The position numbers and the translations under genes were made by a program. The notes below the pieces were generated by a model. It was not told the origin of the DNA and made no database searches. It worked only from the letters and a program-made list of their open reading frames with translations. Below are positions 37,510-48,360 of a stretch of 58,755 bases of DNA, piece by piece. The DNA comes from Nanobdellati archaeon (GTDB taxonomy: Archaea; EX4484-52; GLR71): positions 1 through 58,755 of the forward strand of contig JAHYJO010000007.1 of assembly GCA_019429125.1 (NCBI GenBank), given 5' to 3'. The stretch's first letter is position 1. Each line of letters starts with the position of its first letter.

Positions 37510-38667
37510 CTAAGGTTCACCCATCAGCCAGCCGATTTCACCATCTTTCTGTTTTTTACTTTTGTCGACGACTTTGATTACATCATTTACTGTGACTTCG
37601 GTTCCGCCAATACCTGCCACATATCCAATCACTTTAGGTCTGTCTTTTTCGGCATATAGTGCACTTCTGACCTCGTCAAATATTGCACCATTTGAGGTGC
37701 CCAGAGATATATTTTTTTCAAGGACAATTACAGTCTCTATCCCTTTGAGCGCTTTTATTATTTCAACTTTAGGGAATGGTCGGAAGGATATTAACCTTAA
37801 AAGACCAAAATCGCCTTTTCGGTCCGATGCTTCCTTGACAGTTCCACCAAGTGAGCCAATTGTAATTATTGCAATCTTTTTCCCTTTTAAGTTATAGGAT
37901 TCAGTTAGGCCATCACCCATCTGTCTGCCGAACTGTTTCTTGAAGTCACTTGAAACTTTTTTTATTGTGTCTTTTGAAGCATCAATTGTGTCTGAAAGAT
38001 CTTTTCTTAGTTCGGCGTAAGGACGAGGGAATGCGAAAGGTCCCTGAGTCATTGGTCTTTCAGGGTCAAGATAGGCGTGAGTAGGATTGTATTTTGGTAG
38101 GAATTTATCTACACCTTTCTGGTCAGGCATATCTACTGGCTCAATTGTGTGAGATAAGAAAAAACCATCTAGGCATACCATTATAGGTAGAAGTACTTTT
38201 TTGTCTTCGGCAATCTTGAATGCTTGAATTGTAAGGTCAACTGCTTCCTGATTTGTCTCGGCATATAGTTGTATCCAGCCGGCATCTCTTTGAGATATTG
38301 AGTCTTGCTGGTCGTTCCAGATGTTTATCGGTGCGGCGAGTGAACGATTAACAATGTTCATGACTACAGGTAGTCGCATGCCAGCTGTTGCAAAAAGTAC
38401 TTCATGCATCAGTGCTAAACCTTGAGAACAGCTTGCAGTGTATGCTCTTGAACCTGCTGCACTTGCTCCTGTTGCGGCCGATATTGCTGAAAATTCTGAT
38501 TCCACCTCAATGTGTTTGGATTTCAGTGTGCCGTCGGCGTTCATGTTGGCTAGTTCTTGGACAATATGAGTCTGTGGAGTTATCGGATATGCAGCGACAA
38601 CGTCTGGTCTACATGCCCTTACTGCTTCAGCCACTGCTCTGCTTCCTTCTAAAACTGTCAATACCAT
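37510..38667 (-). CDS. porA: Pyruvate:ferredoxin oxidoreductase alpha subunit
   Basis: AAYPITPQT, VESEFSA, SQGLALMHE and FRPFP. Confidence 0.94.
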   Translation of the reverse strand: MVLTVLEGSRAVAEAVRACRPDVVAAYPITPQTHIVQELANMNADGTLKSKHIEVESEFSAISAATGASAAGSRAYTASCSQGLALMHEVLFATAGMRLPVVMNIVNRSLAAPINIWNDQQDSISQRDAGWIQLYAETNQEAVDLTIQAFKIAEDKKVLLPIMVCLDGFFLSHTIEPVDMPDQKGVDKFLPKYNPTHAYLDPERPMTQGPFAFPRPYAELRKDLSDTIDASKDTIKKVSSDFKKQFGRQMGDGLTESYNLKGKKIAIITIGSLGGTVKEASDRKGDFGLLRLISFRPFPKVEIIKALKGIETVIVLEKNISLGTSNGAIFDEVRSALYAEKDRPKVIGYVAGIGGTEVTVNDVIKVVDKSKKQKDGEIGWLMGEP

Positions 38668-38671
38668 AATA

Positions 38672-38938
38672 TCACTTATTTTCCATTTTTGATGTTATTG
38701 CCTTGAACGGGCATTCATTTTCGCAAATAAGGCAACCCTTACAGTAATCGTAATCTATCTCAGCCTTTTTTGTTTTAGGGTTCACTTTTATGCAACCGTC
38801 AGGACAGAAAGATTCACATATTTTGCAACCTGTACATTTATCAGTAACGTCTGGTATAAATGTGCGCCATGCACCTGTCTTGACTTGGGTTGTCGTGCCC
38901 ACATCTTTAATTATTCCTGCTATATTTACCATAATCAT
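38672..38938 (-). CDS. porD: Pyruvate:ferredoxin oxidoreductase delta subunit (2x[4Fe-4S])
   Basis: KTGAWR, CTGCKICESFCPD and DYDYCKGCLICENECP. Confidence 0.94.
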   Translation of the reverse strand: MIMVNIAGIIKDVGTTTQVKTGAWRTFIPDVTDKCTGCKICESFCPDGCIKVNPKTKKAEIDYDYCKGCLICENECPFKAITSKMENK

Positions 38939-39474
38939 TCACTGCACTCATCATATGCTCGCTTTATCGCTTCAATGTTTTGCTTTGCAATATTTTCGGA
39001 GAAACGCTCAATTATTGTCTTGTTTAGGGAATCTAATGAGACCTCGCCTGTCGCCTTGACAAATGCGCCAAGGATAGGTGTGTTTACAAGGTTTTTGCCG
39101 AATATGTCAAGAGCTATTTTTGAAGCATCCACGTGATATACTTTTGCTTTAGTCTTGAGCTTTATCGTTTCGGCACTGTTTATTATTATTATACTGTCTT
39201 TATTTACGCCTTTTAGGACATCGACCGCATCAACCAGGCTCTTGTCTAGAATTAGGACATAATCTGGTTCTGATACCTGCTGGCGCACCCTTATAAAGTT
39301 CTTGTCTATCCTGCAGTATGCCTCAACTGGGCTTCCTCTTCTTGCCACGCCGAAAAATGGAAATGCTTGCGTTTGCTTGCCATCTTTAAAAGCTGCAATC
39401 GCTAGGACTTGCGCAGATGTGACTGCACCCATACCACCTCTGCCGTGGACTCTTATCTCTTTCATCAATATCAC
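38935..39474 (-). CDS. porG: Pyruvate:ferredoxin oxidoreductase gamma subunit
   Basis: EIRVHGRGGMGAVT, FPFFGVARRGSPV and NTPILGA. Confidence 0.93.
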   Translation of the reverse strand: MILMKEIRVHGRGGMGAVTSAQVLAIAAFKDGKQTQAFPFFGVARRGSPVEAYCRIDKNFIRVRQQVSEPDYVLILDKSLVDAVDVLKGVNKDSIIIINSAETIKLKTKAKVYHVDASKIALDIFGKNLVNTPILGAFVKATGEVSLDSLNKTIIERFSENIAKQNIEAIKRAYDECSE

Positions 39475-39630
39475 GAGTAATGATTATTTGTTAGGTGAAG
39501 TATTTATCTGTTTGGTGTATCATTAAGGTTAATATATTGCCTAATATATAGGTAGTAATATATAGTTTAGTGTTGATGTTTAGTGTTTGAGCGCGTAATA
39601 TTTATAATCTTCGTGTGAAAATTATATCTT

Positions 39631-40659
39631 ATGGGAGTCAAGATATCAAAGGTAATTCCTAAGACCGAAATTAGGATGGAAGACCTTTCGGGAAAAGTGC
39701 TCGCTGTTGACGGATTCAATATCCTTTACCAGTTCCTTACAACTATCAAGGACCGTGAGACAGGGGAACCTTTCACCAACAGTAAAGGTAATGTGACCTC
39801 GCACCTGTCCGGGCTTTTCTATCGTTCTATTAATATGCTCCATGCAGGGATTAAGTTAGTATTTGTTTTTGACGGCGAAAGACCTGAGCTTAAGCTGGCG
39901 ACGGTTAATCATCGCGCTGAAAAGAAAAAAGAGGCTAAGGTTAAACTTGAGGAGGCACTCGCTGCAGGTGACAGGGATGCAGTTATGAGGCATTCTGGCG
40001 CAACAATGAGATTAACTGATAATATGCTTGACGGAGCAAAAAGGTTGCTTGACGTTATGGGGATTCCGTGGATTCAAGCACCTGCTGAAGGTGAGGCACA
40101 GGCTGCGCACATGGCTGCCAAAGGTGATGCATATGCTGTAATGAGTCAGGATGCTGATACTTTACTTTTCGGGACACCGCGACTTGTGCAGAATCTATCT
40201 GTCACAGGTAGGCGAAAGATGCCAGGGCGAAACATGTGGATTGATGTGGCACCGCAGATGATTGAGCTTAATAAAGTGCTTACTGAACTTGATATCACGC
40301 GCGAGCAGCTGATTATTATGGGCATGCTTATTGGCACGGATTATAATCCGCAAGGGATACGAGGTCTTGGCCCTGCAAAAGCATTAAAAATTGTCAAAGA
40401 GGAAAAGACACTTGAGGCAGTTCTTAAAAAGGTTGAATGGACTTTTGAATGTGATCCTTATGTCGTTTTTAAGTTATTTACCAATCCGGCCATAACTGAT
40501 GACTATAAGATTGAGTTTGGTCAGCCCGACCCTGAAAAGATACGTGCACTTTTAATTGATGAATTTGAATTCTCGCCAGAACGGATTGCAAATAGTCTTA
40601 AAAAGTTGGATGAGATTAAAAATAAAAATCAGCAGAAAAGTTTGTTTTCATGGAAATGA
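39631..40659 (+). CDS. fen: Flap endonuclease 1
   Basis: MGV, LYQFL, TSHLSGLFYR, APAEGEAQAA, GTDYN and PIP box QKSLFSW. Confidence 0.97.
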   Translation: MGVKISKVIPKTEIRMEDLSGKVLAVDGFNILYQFLTTIKDRETGEPFTNSKGNVTSHLSGLFYRSINMLHAGIKLVFVFDGERPELKLATVNHRAEKKKEAKVKLEEALAAGDRDAVMRHSGATMRLTDNMLDGAKRLLDVMGIPWIQAPAEGEAQAAHMAAKGDAYAVMSQDADTLLFGTPRLVQNLSVTGRRKMPGRNMWIDVAPQMIELNKVLTELDITREQLIIMGMLIGTDYNPQGIRGLGPAKALKIVKEEKTLEAVLKKVEWTFECDPYVVFKLFTNPAITDDYKIEFGQPDPEKIRALLIDEFEFSPERIANSLKKLDEIKNKNQQKSLFSWK

Positions 40660-40745
40660 TGGGAGTTAGGCACTAACCAGTTTTTTGATATAGAAATATT
40701 TATATAATTGTCAAACAAATCAAGCTTAGATTAATTTGTGATTAT

Positions 40746-41822
40746 ATGAGTTTGTTTACAGACCATAAAGATTTCTATAATCAAGTGTTGTCTCTTGGAG
40801 ATGGAAAAGAAAGATTCATAGGACTTGTCTCTAAAATATATAGTCATCTTGAAGATGAACAAATATTTGAACTTTATAGCATTGCAAAACAGAATATATA
40901 TGATAATTTAGATGATATCGGTGAAAATGAAATATTTTCGTCTATTGTACTTAATGTTTCTAAATTACTTCTCAATAAAAAGCTAGAAAGTTATGATAAG
41001 GCTCTTTCGGAATTGATTACTGATGAAATCATTGATAACTATATTATTGAAATACAGTTATCAAATCGTGAAAAACGACTCAGAGACAAGTTATATACAA
41101 TTAAGAAAACAAAAGGCATAGATAGTGAAACAATATATCAACAAGAGCTATATAATAAGGCACTTGAACGGTTCATCCCACGAATCAGTAGTATTGGGAC
41201 ACCTTATAATGTAAATGACCTTGAAAAATCAGTCCTTAAATATTTCCGTGAAAGCACACCAGTAAAACAGGCAATGTTCCATACAATAATTCCTGCAGAT
41301 AAAAAAAACAATATTAGTCTGCTTGCGGAACATTATAGGCATCATGAAACTGAAAAAAATAGCAAACTTTTGCTAAAAATAAAAGAAGGTTTTTTGAGGT
41401 ATTTATCAGAGAGCCCCCTAAAATATAAACAGATTAACAGTCTTGCTGAAAAAGTTGAAAAAACATTACAATTTCAAGAAGCACAAGAACAGATACAGGA
41501 CGATGATTGGGATCTTACTGAGAAAGTTATTGATTTTATATACCCAACAACTATTGATTCAAATCCGCAAGACTTTTTCAATAGTCCGGATGTCCGAAAA
41601 TATCTTACACCCACACGATTTAAGACAGGTAAACTTTATGTGCACGCACTTAAAGAAAGTGAAGAAATACGACTTATGGCTGAATATCTGATTGAAAATA
41701 TATCTAAAGGTAGGATTAAGATTACACAAGAACATGAACTTGACAAACAGGTGCAGATACTCATGCCAAAAAAGAGTGCAGACAAGGTTTCTGCAGCGCT
41801 TTCTGTCGCATTAACTGAATAA
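40746..41822 (+). CDS. Hypothetical helical protein (orphan)
   Basis: 358-aa ORF with GTGAT SD. Confidence 0.65.
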   Translation: MSLFTDHKDFYNQVLSLGDGKERFIGLVSKIYSHLEDEQIFELYSIAKQNIYDNLDDIGENEIFSSIVLNVSKLLLNKKLESYDKALSELITDEIIDNYIIEIQLSNREKRLRDKLYTIKKTKGIDSETIYQQELYNKALERFIPRISSIGTPYNVNDLEKSVLKYFRESTPVKQAMFHTIIPADKKNNISLLAEHYRHHETEKNSKLLLKIKEGFLRYLSESPLKYKQINSLAEKVEKTLQFQEAQEQIQDDDWDLTEKVIDFIYPTTIDSNPQDFFNSPDVRKYLTPTRFKTGKLYVHALKESEEIRLMAEYLIENISKGRIKITQEHELDKQVQILMPKKSADKVSAALSVALTE

Positions 41823-41825
41823 AAA

Positions 41826-42452
41826 TCAGACCAAGGGTACAAACTTACAGAGCCCGCAATTCTCTTTCTCAATCCATTTTCCGCGCTTTGTGCCTTTGAC
41901 AAGCTCTTGCATAATTATTGAACCTATAGGTATGACAATAATACCACCATCTTTAAGCTGATCTTCAAGAGCTTTAGGTATCTCTTCTTTTGCTGCGCAG
42001 GTGACTATGATTCTGTCATATGGTGCGTTTGGTTCATAACCTTTTTTGCCATCACCATGAATACATCCCACATTGAAATAATCTTCAAGACTATTTTTTG
42101 CGCTATCTTGGAGCTCTTCAATAAATTCAATTGTTGTAACTGAACCTTTAGGACCTACAAGCTCTGCCAGGAGTGCAGTGTTCCAGCCAGAACCCGTGCC
42201 AATCTCTAAGATGTTCTGGCCTTCCCTTAGATCAAGAAGCTCAAGCATTATGGCTACCATGTGCGGGGCTGACGTGGTCTGGCCGAAGCCCAATGGTATA
42301 GGTTCATCCATTGTTGATAATTGTTTAAGCTCAGCCGGAAGAAAATCCCACCTTGAGACTGCATACAAGGCGGAAGTTATGTTATCTGATTTTAGATAAC
42401 CTGCTTTTTTTAAATCTGATATTAATATTGAGTATGCTTCTTTTAAATTCAT
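41826..42452 (-). CDS. pcm: Protein-L-isoaspartate O-methyltransferase
   Basis: GQTTSAPHMVA, LEIGTGSGW, APYDRIIVT and FVPL. Confidence 0.94.
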   Translation of the reverse strand: MNLKEAYSILISDLKKAGYLKSDNITSALYAVSRWDFLPAELKQLSTMDEPIPLGFGQTTSAPHMVAIMLELLDLREGQNILEIGTGSGWNTALLAELVGPKGSVTTIEFIEELQDSAKNSLEDYFNVGCIHGDGKKGYEPNAPYDRIIVTCAAKEEIPKALEDQLKDGGIIVIPIGSIIMQELVKGTKRGKWIEKENCGLCKFVPLV

Positions 42453-42569
42453 AAAAATTATTAGTATATTATATTTATATCTTTTTGTTTTTGAGAAGGA
42501 GGGGGTTAAAAAAGTTAGGCACTATATAACTGCATATAACTATATATATTTAAAATACTAATTAAGTTT

Positions 42570-43217
42570 ATGAGTTTTAAATCTAAAATCAAGAATATAG
42601 TTAAGAATTGTACAGATAGTGTCAAGGAGGACAAATATCTAAAAATTGCATTAATCATATTACTATTTGCATTCTTTTTAGGGTATTCCATACGCGTTTT
42701 TGATTTCACAAAAAGTCCTATCATGGGTGAGATTGGTGTGATATACCCAATACACCAGGAAGCGTTCCCGTATTATATGGGCGGTGTCTCTCTGGAAAGT
42801 CGTAGTATGGATAGTTCTATAAGTTATGATAGGATTTCTGAGTCACCCATCGATATTCTTTATGTCATGAGAAACAATGTGATATCGGCCGTGTTGCTTG
42901 TGAGTACTGGTGTCCTTTTAGGTATACCTACTGTTGTTTTTACATTCCTTGTCGGACTTTCAGCAGGAGCATCAATTGCTGAAGTGTTAGAATTTGCAGG
43001 GCTCATTGTCGCAGCAAAGACTATATTTCTCCTTACAACTTACATGATTGCTGTAGTACTTGCTGCATCAATCGGAATTGAGATGGGTTCTGCAATAATA
43101 CGATATCTAAAGACTAACATATTTGAGATTGACAAAAAAATATATGATAAGGCAATTGTAGTAATCATAATTGTTGTGATAAATATTATACTGCAATATG
43201 TGCTGTTGGTGATGTGA
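42570..43217 (+). CDS. Membrane protein, SpoIIM-like
   Basis: NN motif followed by G..LGIP and several TM helices. Confidence 0.55.
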   Translation: MSFKSKIKNIVKNCTDSVKEDKYLKIALIILLFAFFLGYSIRVFDFTKSPIMGEIGVIYPIHQEAFPYYMGGVSLESRSMDSSISYDRISESPIDILYVMRNNVISAVLLVSTGVLLGIPTVVFTFLVGLSAGASIAEVLEFAGLIVAAKTIFLLTTYMIAVVLAASIGIEMGSAIIRYLKTNIFEIDKKIYDKAIVVIIIVVINIILQYVLLVM

Positions 43218-43218
43218 T

Positions 43219-43938
43219 ATGAATTGTTATAAGATTGTTACTTCAATTATTTTGTTTTTAGTTATAGTATCACCTGTATATGCACAGGTTGTTATGGATG
43301 AGGATATGGCCATACCTATTAGTATGGATGATGAGAATGCACAAATCAATGCAGATATCAGTTTCAAGGTTGAGATTGATGAAACAAATATGGAGACAAG
43401 CGAATATTCTATCAATATCTTAAATTCTGGAAATTATAGTGTTAAGGGATATGTTGAGATATACATGGTATTTATACCAAAGAGGATAAAAGTGATTGTA
43501 GATGGTGAGGAAGCAGACATTATAACACAGGAAAAATCATACACAAATTCACGATATCGTGTCAATATCGATATGGATGCAGATAGTAACCGCACAATTG
43601 ATGTAACGTATCAGATTCTGAAGACACCACGGCAATGGAATGTTGGACTATGGGCATTGCAATACAATTATAACTCACCTATCAATCTACAATTCTCAAG
43701 CAAGAAAGAGGATTATGTTAGAACTAATTTCAATTATGAAGGCAAAATTGATTTAGGATATGAGCCATCTAAATTAAACTGTAATAATTGTATACAGGAT
43801 GGAAATACTATAACTGTTAATGATAGTGACTATTTCTATGTCAACTGGGAAAAGAAAAGAGTGCCATATCGCGCAGGAGTCCTGTATATATTTATGATTA
43901 TAGGAATTGTGTATTATCTTGTCAAGATGCGAAAGTAA
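43219..43938 (+). CDS. Secreted, C-terminally membrane-anchored surface protein
   Basis: Signal peptide, beta-rich body, C-terminal TM and basic tail. Confidence 0.7.
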   Translation: MNCYKIVTSIILFLVIVSPVYAQVVMDEDMAIPISMDDENAQINADISFKVEIDETNMETSEYSINILNSGNYSVKGYVEIYMVFIPKRIKVIVDGEEADIITQEKSYTNSRYRVNIDMDADSNRTIDVTYQILKTPRQWNVGLWALQYNYNSPINLQFSSKKEDYVRTNFNYEGKIDLGYEPSKLNCNNCIQDGNTITVNDSDYFYVNWEKKRVPYRAGVLYIFMIIGIVYYLVKMRK

Positions 43939-43947
43939 GATTGAAAA

Positions 43948-44691
43948 TCATAATAAATTAAAATCATATTTCTTGTTAAATCTTGATGTAACTTCTTCTT
44001 TTTTCTTTGGGAACAACTTGGAAAGAAAATCATGCACTCTTAATATTTCGTCATACATGTCTTTGGGATTATCAGATGTATAGGAATTTCCAAAATCAAC
44101 CAACATACATTCATGTTTTAAAGAATTAAAGAATACATGCTTGTCAAATTTATCATTGTAAACAACATCACTATTATGAATGTCAGCCATCAATATTGCA
44201 AAATCATCAATAAATAAATTATAATGTTTTTTAATTGTTGGGAATTGAAGATAAATAGGATTCCAACCATCTGCCTGAGATAGAAAATCTTCAACGATAT
44301 ATTCTGTATAATTATTAAATGGAGAGGTTAATACATCATTAAAAACAGGACCAGCCCCACAAGTACCCATATTATAACATATTTTTTGTTCGTCATCTTT
44401 CTGTTTCAGCTTAATGATTTTATGTAAGGAGGGATTATCTTTAATATACAAAAAGACTAAATCATAACCTTTTTTTCGTAATTTGTGATATGATTTGTCA
44501 GATAGTTCTTCTGAGAACTTTAAACGACCATAATGTTCACCATAATCTCTTAATTCTTTTGGATTACGAAAAATATATATCTTACCATCAGGACCAAGGT
44601 TGGATTCAATAAAACCAGTTATAGTGCCAGATTCTTTAAAATATATAGTATCTAATGGAACCCATTGGTTTAGTAATGTAGACATCAACAT
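43948..44691 (-). CDS. Divergent protein-kinase-like orphan
   Basis: IHNSDVVYND....H and LVDFGNS resemble a kinase catalytic loop and DFG; the segment YIVEDF resembles the hinge. Confidence 0.6.
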   Translation of the reverse strand: MLMSTLLNQWVPLDTIYFKESGTITGFIESNLGPDGKIYIFRNPKELRDYGEHYGRLKFSEELSDKSYHKLRKKGYDLVFLYIKDNPSLHKIIKLKQKDDEQKICYNMGTCGAGPVFNDVLTSPFNNYTEYIVEDFLSQADGWNPIYLQFPTIKKHYNLFIDDFAILMADIHNSDVVYNDKFDKHVFFNSLKHECMLVDFGNSYTSDNPKDMYDEILRVHDFLSKLFPKKKEEVTSRFNKKYDFNLL

Positions 44692-44781
44692 CCTAAGATA
44701 GATTAATTATTTAAAGATAACATTAGATTTTAATAAAATTGACAATAAACCATATAATAATGTAGAGATAGGTAAATAATC

Positions 44782-45201
44782 ATGATAAAAGAAACTTTCT
44801 TTGTTTACGGGCACGAGAATGTCAGGTCGACACATAAGTCCACTCTTGAGTTTACAAAAGATACTGAACTCAGTCTGAAAGGAGATTGCATATTAGGAGT
44901 CAGGTCTGAATATGGGTGCGCGGATTTTTCTTTGGAGTTTAAAAAGGCTATCCAGAATGAGAATGCTAAAGTCACAATCGAGATTGAGGCAGAGGGTGTA
45001 GTTGACAAGGTTTCTGGTTTTGGACATCCAGATATCACACTTACTGATAAAAATGAGATAGTGATACGGAAAAGCGGTTTTGTCTGTAGGCGGACTTTGT
45101 GCGTCAATTCAGACAAGGCAGCAAAAGATGTTGATGTGCGCATAGTCAGATACCTTAAGACACTAGATGCAAAAGCGAAGGTTAATGTGATTATAACTTG
45201 A
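44782..45201 (+). CDS. DUF371-family protein
   Basis: GHENVRSTHKSTLEFTKD, GDCILGV, IVIRKS and DKAAKD. Confidence 0.9.
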   Translation: MIKETFFVYGHENVRSTHKSTLEFTKDTELSLKGDCILGVRSEYGCADFSLEFKKAIQNENAKVTIEIEAEGVVDKVSGFGHPDITLTDKNEIVIRKSGFVCRRTLCVNSDKAAKDVDVRIVRYLKTLDAKAKVNVIIT

Positions 45202-45242
45202 TAGAGGCAAACAGATATTAATGTTTATGTATAAGTTCATAT

Positions 45243-46085
45243 ATGAGCACCTATGATGACATCAAAGACCTTAAGATACAGGGCGCAAGCGAAATCGCTA
45301 AAGTTGCCATTATAGACCTTAATTCTTATGGGAATCATATTACAGAGGTTACTGATAAAAATGAGTTTATTTCTAAAATTGAGATACATGCCGACAAGCT
45401 AAAAAGCGCAAGACCGACTGAACCTATGCTCCAGAACTGCCTTAACACAATCATTCGGAGTCTTAAAGAGACTAAGTCTACAGATATTATCAGGATACAG
45501 AAAGAACTGTATATGCATTCCAAATCGGAGATATTGAAGATAAAAGATAATATGCAAAAGATTGTAGGATATGGTATATCTGCAATACCACAGCATTCAA
45601 TCATACTGACACACTGCCACAGCCATAATGTTGCAAACATAATAACTAAAGCTGACCCAATCAAAGTATTTGCAACTGAGACAAGACCACGATTCCAGGG
45701 CAGGCTTACTGCAAAAGAGATAGCATCAAAGGGAATTGATACAGAACTTATCCTTGATGATGAGGTTGTTGATATAATTGATCAGGTTGATATTGTAATC
45801 ATTGGCGCTGATGCAATCACAAAAGAGGGTGTGGTCAACAAGGTAGGGTCACGGATGGTTGCTGAGATTGCTTATGATCACAAGAAACCAGTCTATGTCG
45901 CTGCATCAACACTTAAGATAATAGATAAAATTGATATTGAGGTCAGAGATTCAGATGAAATCTGGGAAGATGCACCAAAAAAAGTCAAGATACATAATTA
46001 TGCATTTGATACCGTACCATACAAACATATTAAAAAAATCATAACTGAAAATGGTCTTGTAAATCCTAAAAATATAAAATTTTAA
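45243..46085 (+). CDS. eIF2B-like / ribose-1,5-bisphosphate isomerase family protein
   Basis: IQGA, ARPTEP, LTHCHS, ETRPRFQG, GADAI..G.VNKVG and NYAFD. Confidence 0.87.
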   Translation: MSTYDDIKDLKIQGASEIAKVAIIDLNSYGNHITEVTDKNEFISKIEIHADKLKSARPTEPMLQNCLNTIIRSLKETKSTDIIRIQKELYMHSKSEILKIKDNMQKIVGYGISAIPQHSIILTHCHSHNVANIITKADPIKVFATETRPRFQGRLTAKEIASKGIDTELILDDEVVDIIDQVDIVIIGADAITKEGVVNKVGSRMVAEIAYDHKKPVYVAASTLKIIDKIDIEVRDSDEIWEDAPKKVKIHNYAFDTVPYKHIKKIITENGLVNPKNIKF

Positions 46086-46097
46086 CATGAAAAATTC

Positions 46098-47453
46098 TTG
46101 ATTAATATGAAATATGATGCTGTTGTTGTGGGTGCGGGAATAAGCGGACTATTGTCTGCTCTCTGCCTATCTAAAGAAGGTAAGAGAGTTCTTGTTCTTG
46201 AAAAAAGTACTTTTGTAGGTGGCAATGCTAGAAGCTATGATGTTGACGGATACACGGTCGATACTGGACCACATGCAATTACATGTATACCGAACGGACC
46301 GCTTGCAAGGCTACTCCTAAAATATAACGGTGGACTACCCGAACTTGTGCCACATGGACATTATTATTTCAGAACGGGAAAAGGTCTGCATAAAGTACCA
46401 TCTGCAATCAAGGACTGGGCGGGATTCAAAGCAATATGTAACAAGGACAAGATTGTGTTCTCAAGGCTTATACTGGCTGAGATGATAAGAGAATCTGTAT
46501 CAATTGATAAATCTGAAAGGTCAGTGTATGATGCGGTCAAAGATTATAATGTGTCAGATAATGCATTTAGGTTGATAGATACACTGTGCTATTTCATGAG
46601 CGGTAAATCGATGAAAGAGACGCCAGCAAAAAGGATGTTTTCAGGGTTTGGCCTTGAAGGCATGAAAAAGATGAATATAATTGACACATTATACGGACTT
46701 AAAAGATTTTTCATATCACACAGCAACTCTAAAAATCAATGGTACCCTGTCGGTGGGCTTGGAGCGATAATTAAGTCTATAACTGATGCATTTTCTGAAG
46801 AGTTGGTGACTGTAAATACTGGTACTTCTGTTGATAAGATTATTATTGAAGATGGAAAGGTGGTCGGTGTGGAATCCTCTGGAGAAGTCTATAATTCAGA
46901 CATTGTCGTATATACAGGATTCATAAAAGACTTGGATAAGGTCGTGACTGAAAAATTGCCGGAATATTTTTCACGAAATCTTAAAAAAATCAAGCAGGCA
47001 AAAAGCTATACATTATGGCTGGGCATAAAGGGCAAGATACTAAGTATGGACTATAAAGGCTCTGAAATTTGGTATGAAACAGGTGAACCATTCTGGGCTA
47101 TGTCTACATCAAACCTTGACGCAACGCTTGCACCTAAAGGACACCAGCTCATATGTTTCAGTTTCATCGTCAAAGATAGTGTCGAAAATACACGAAAATA
47201 TGGATGGAACACCATATTATCCGTATATCCTGATATTGAAAAACATATCGTGATGAAACATGAGCAAGTAACCATTCCTGAAAAGGCAGCAATCACTACT
47301 GATTCATTTTTCCCTGGTCCTGTATCACCATTTTCAGGACTTTATCTTTGCGGGACGGATGTAGATCCACGTAGTATGGGGTTGACACGTGCTGCACACT
47401 CAGTTGAAGATATGCTTGCTGTAATGAAAAAAGAAGGGATATTAAAAGATTGA
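46098..47453 (+). CDS. FAD-dependent oxidoreductase (phytoene desaturase-like)
   Basis: VVGAGISGL, GG.ARS, DTGPH, YPVGG and GLYLCG. Confidence 0.83.
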   Translation: MINMKYDAVVVGAGISGLLSALCLSKEGKRVLVLEKSTFVGGNARSYDVDGYTVDTGPHAITCIPNGPLARLLLKYNGGLPELVPHGHYYFRTGKGLHKVPSAIKDWAGFKAICNKDKIVFSRLILAEMIRESVSIDKSERSVYDAVKDYNVSDNAFRLIDTLCYFMSGKSMKETPAKRMFSGFGLEGMKKMNIIDTLYGLKRFFISHSNSKNQWYPVGGLGAIIKSITDAFSEELVTVNTGTSVDKIIIEDGKVVGVESSGEVYNSDIVVYTGFIKDLDKVVTEKLPEYFSRNLKKIKQAKSYTLWLGIKGKILSMDYKGSEIWYETGEPFWAMSTSNLDATLAPKGHQLICFSFIVKDSVENTRKYGWNTILSVYPDIEKHIVMKHEQVTIPEKAAITTDSFFPGPVSPFSGLYLCGTDVDPRSMGLTRAAHSVEDMLAVMKKEGILKD

Positions 47454-47468
47454 GAGAGTCTGCTAATT

Positions 47469-48335
47469 ATGAATACTAATTTTAAACCAAATAATTATTT
47501 GGATTCTGTAGGTCAAAATGAAAAGACATCTTTTCAATCATTCACATTTTCATGGTTAATCTTTAATATGTTGAAAATTTGTGGAATTGATTTTTCTAAA
47601 ACATCTGTTAATACTGCTGATAAAAATACAAAAAGTAGTGATGCAGTATGTGCTTCCAAAGAGACAACAGATTTTGAAGTTTCAAAAACAGAAACTACAA
47701 TTGAGGCTGTTAAATTTGTTAAAAAAAGAAAAACTAAAAAGCACCCTAAAGATTATTATTACCCGCCATTTGGAAAAGATAAGATTGCTGTTATTGATAA
47801 TTTTATCAGAAGTAATAAGATTCTTATGTATATTTTGACTGCTATATTTTTTAGGATTATGGTTTTACCGCATACACCATTTATTAAAACGGCAACTATA
47901 ATGATTGCGTTTATTGTGATAGGGTCAATGTCGCGCATTTGGTTGAAATATATACCGCTTCATTCTTTTGGTTTTGAACTCATACTACTTTTTACAATTG
48001 TTTCTGGCAAATTATTTGGTCCAGGGGCAGGACTTATTGTTGGAGTCATATCTATGGTTTTAAGTGCAGCTATTACTGATGAGGAACCTATGAAACTATG
48101 GCCTGCATTTGTCGCAATTGCAATTGTTGGTAATCTTTCTGGAGTTCTTACAATTGCGAGCATTTCAGTTTTAGGTGTTACGCTTACAGTTTTATATGAT
48201 GTGATTATATCTGTGATTTATTATTTTTTGGGTTCAAGTGGCGCAAAAATAATTCTTTTTGATATAACTCATATCACTTGGAATTATTATATGTTTTATA
48301 ATATTGCACCTTGGCTGGTTCTTTTAGTTGTTTGA
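47469..48335 (+). CDS. Membrane protein, ECF S-component-like C-terminus
   Basis: GFELILLFTIVSG..FGPGAGLIVG and about 6 TM helices. Confidence 0.6.
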   Translation: MNTNFKPNNYLDSVGQNEKTSFQSFTFSWLIFNMLKICGIDFSKTSVNTADKNTKSSDAVCASKETTDFEVSKTETTIEAVKFVKKRKTKKHPKDYYYPPFGKDKIAVIDNFIRSNKILMYILTAIFFRIMVLPHTPFIKTATIMIAFIVIGSMSRIWLKYIPLHSFGFELILLFTIVSGKLFGPGAGLIVGVISMVLSAAITDEEPMKLWPAFVAIAIVGNLSGVLTIASISVLGVTLTVLYDVIISVIYYFLGSSGAKIILFDITHITWNYYMFYNIAPWLVLLVV

Positions 48336-48360
48336 GAAAACGCTTTAGTTGAAAGTGTTT

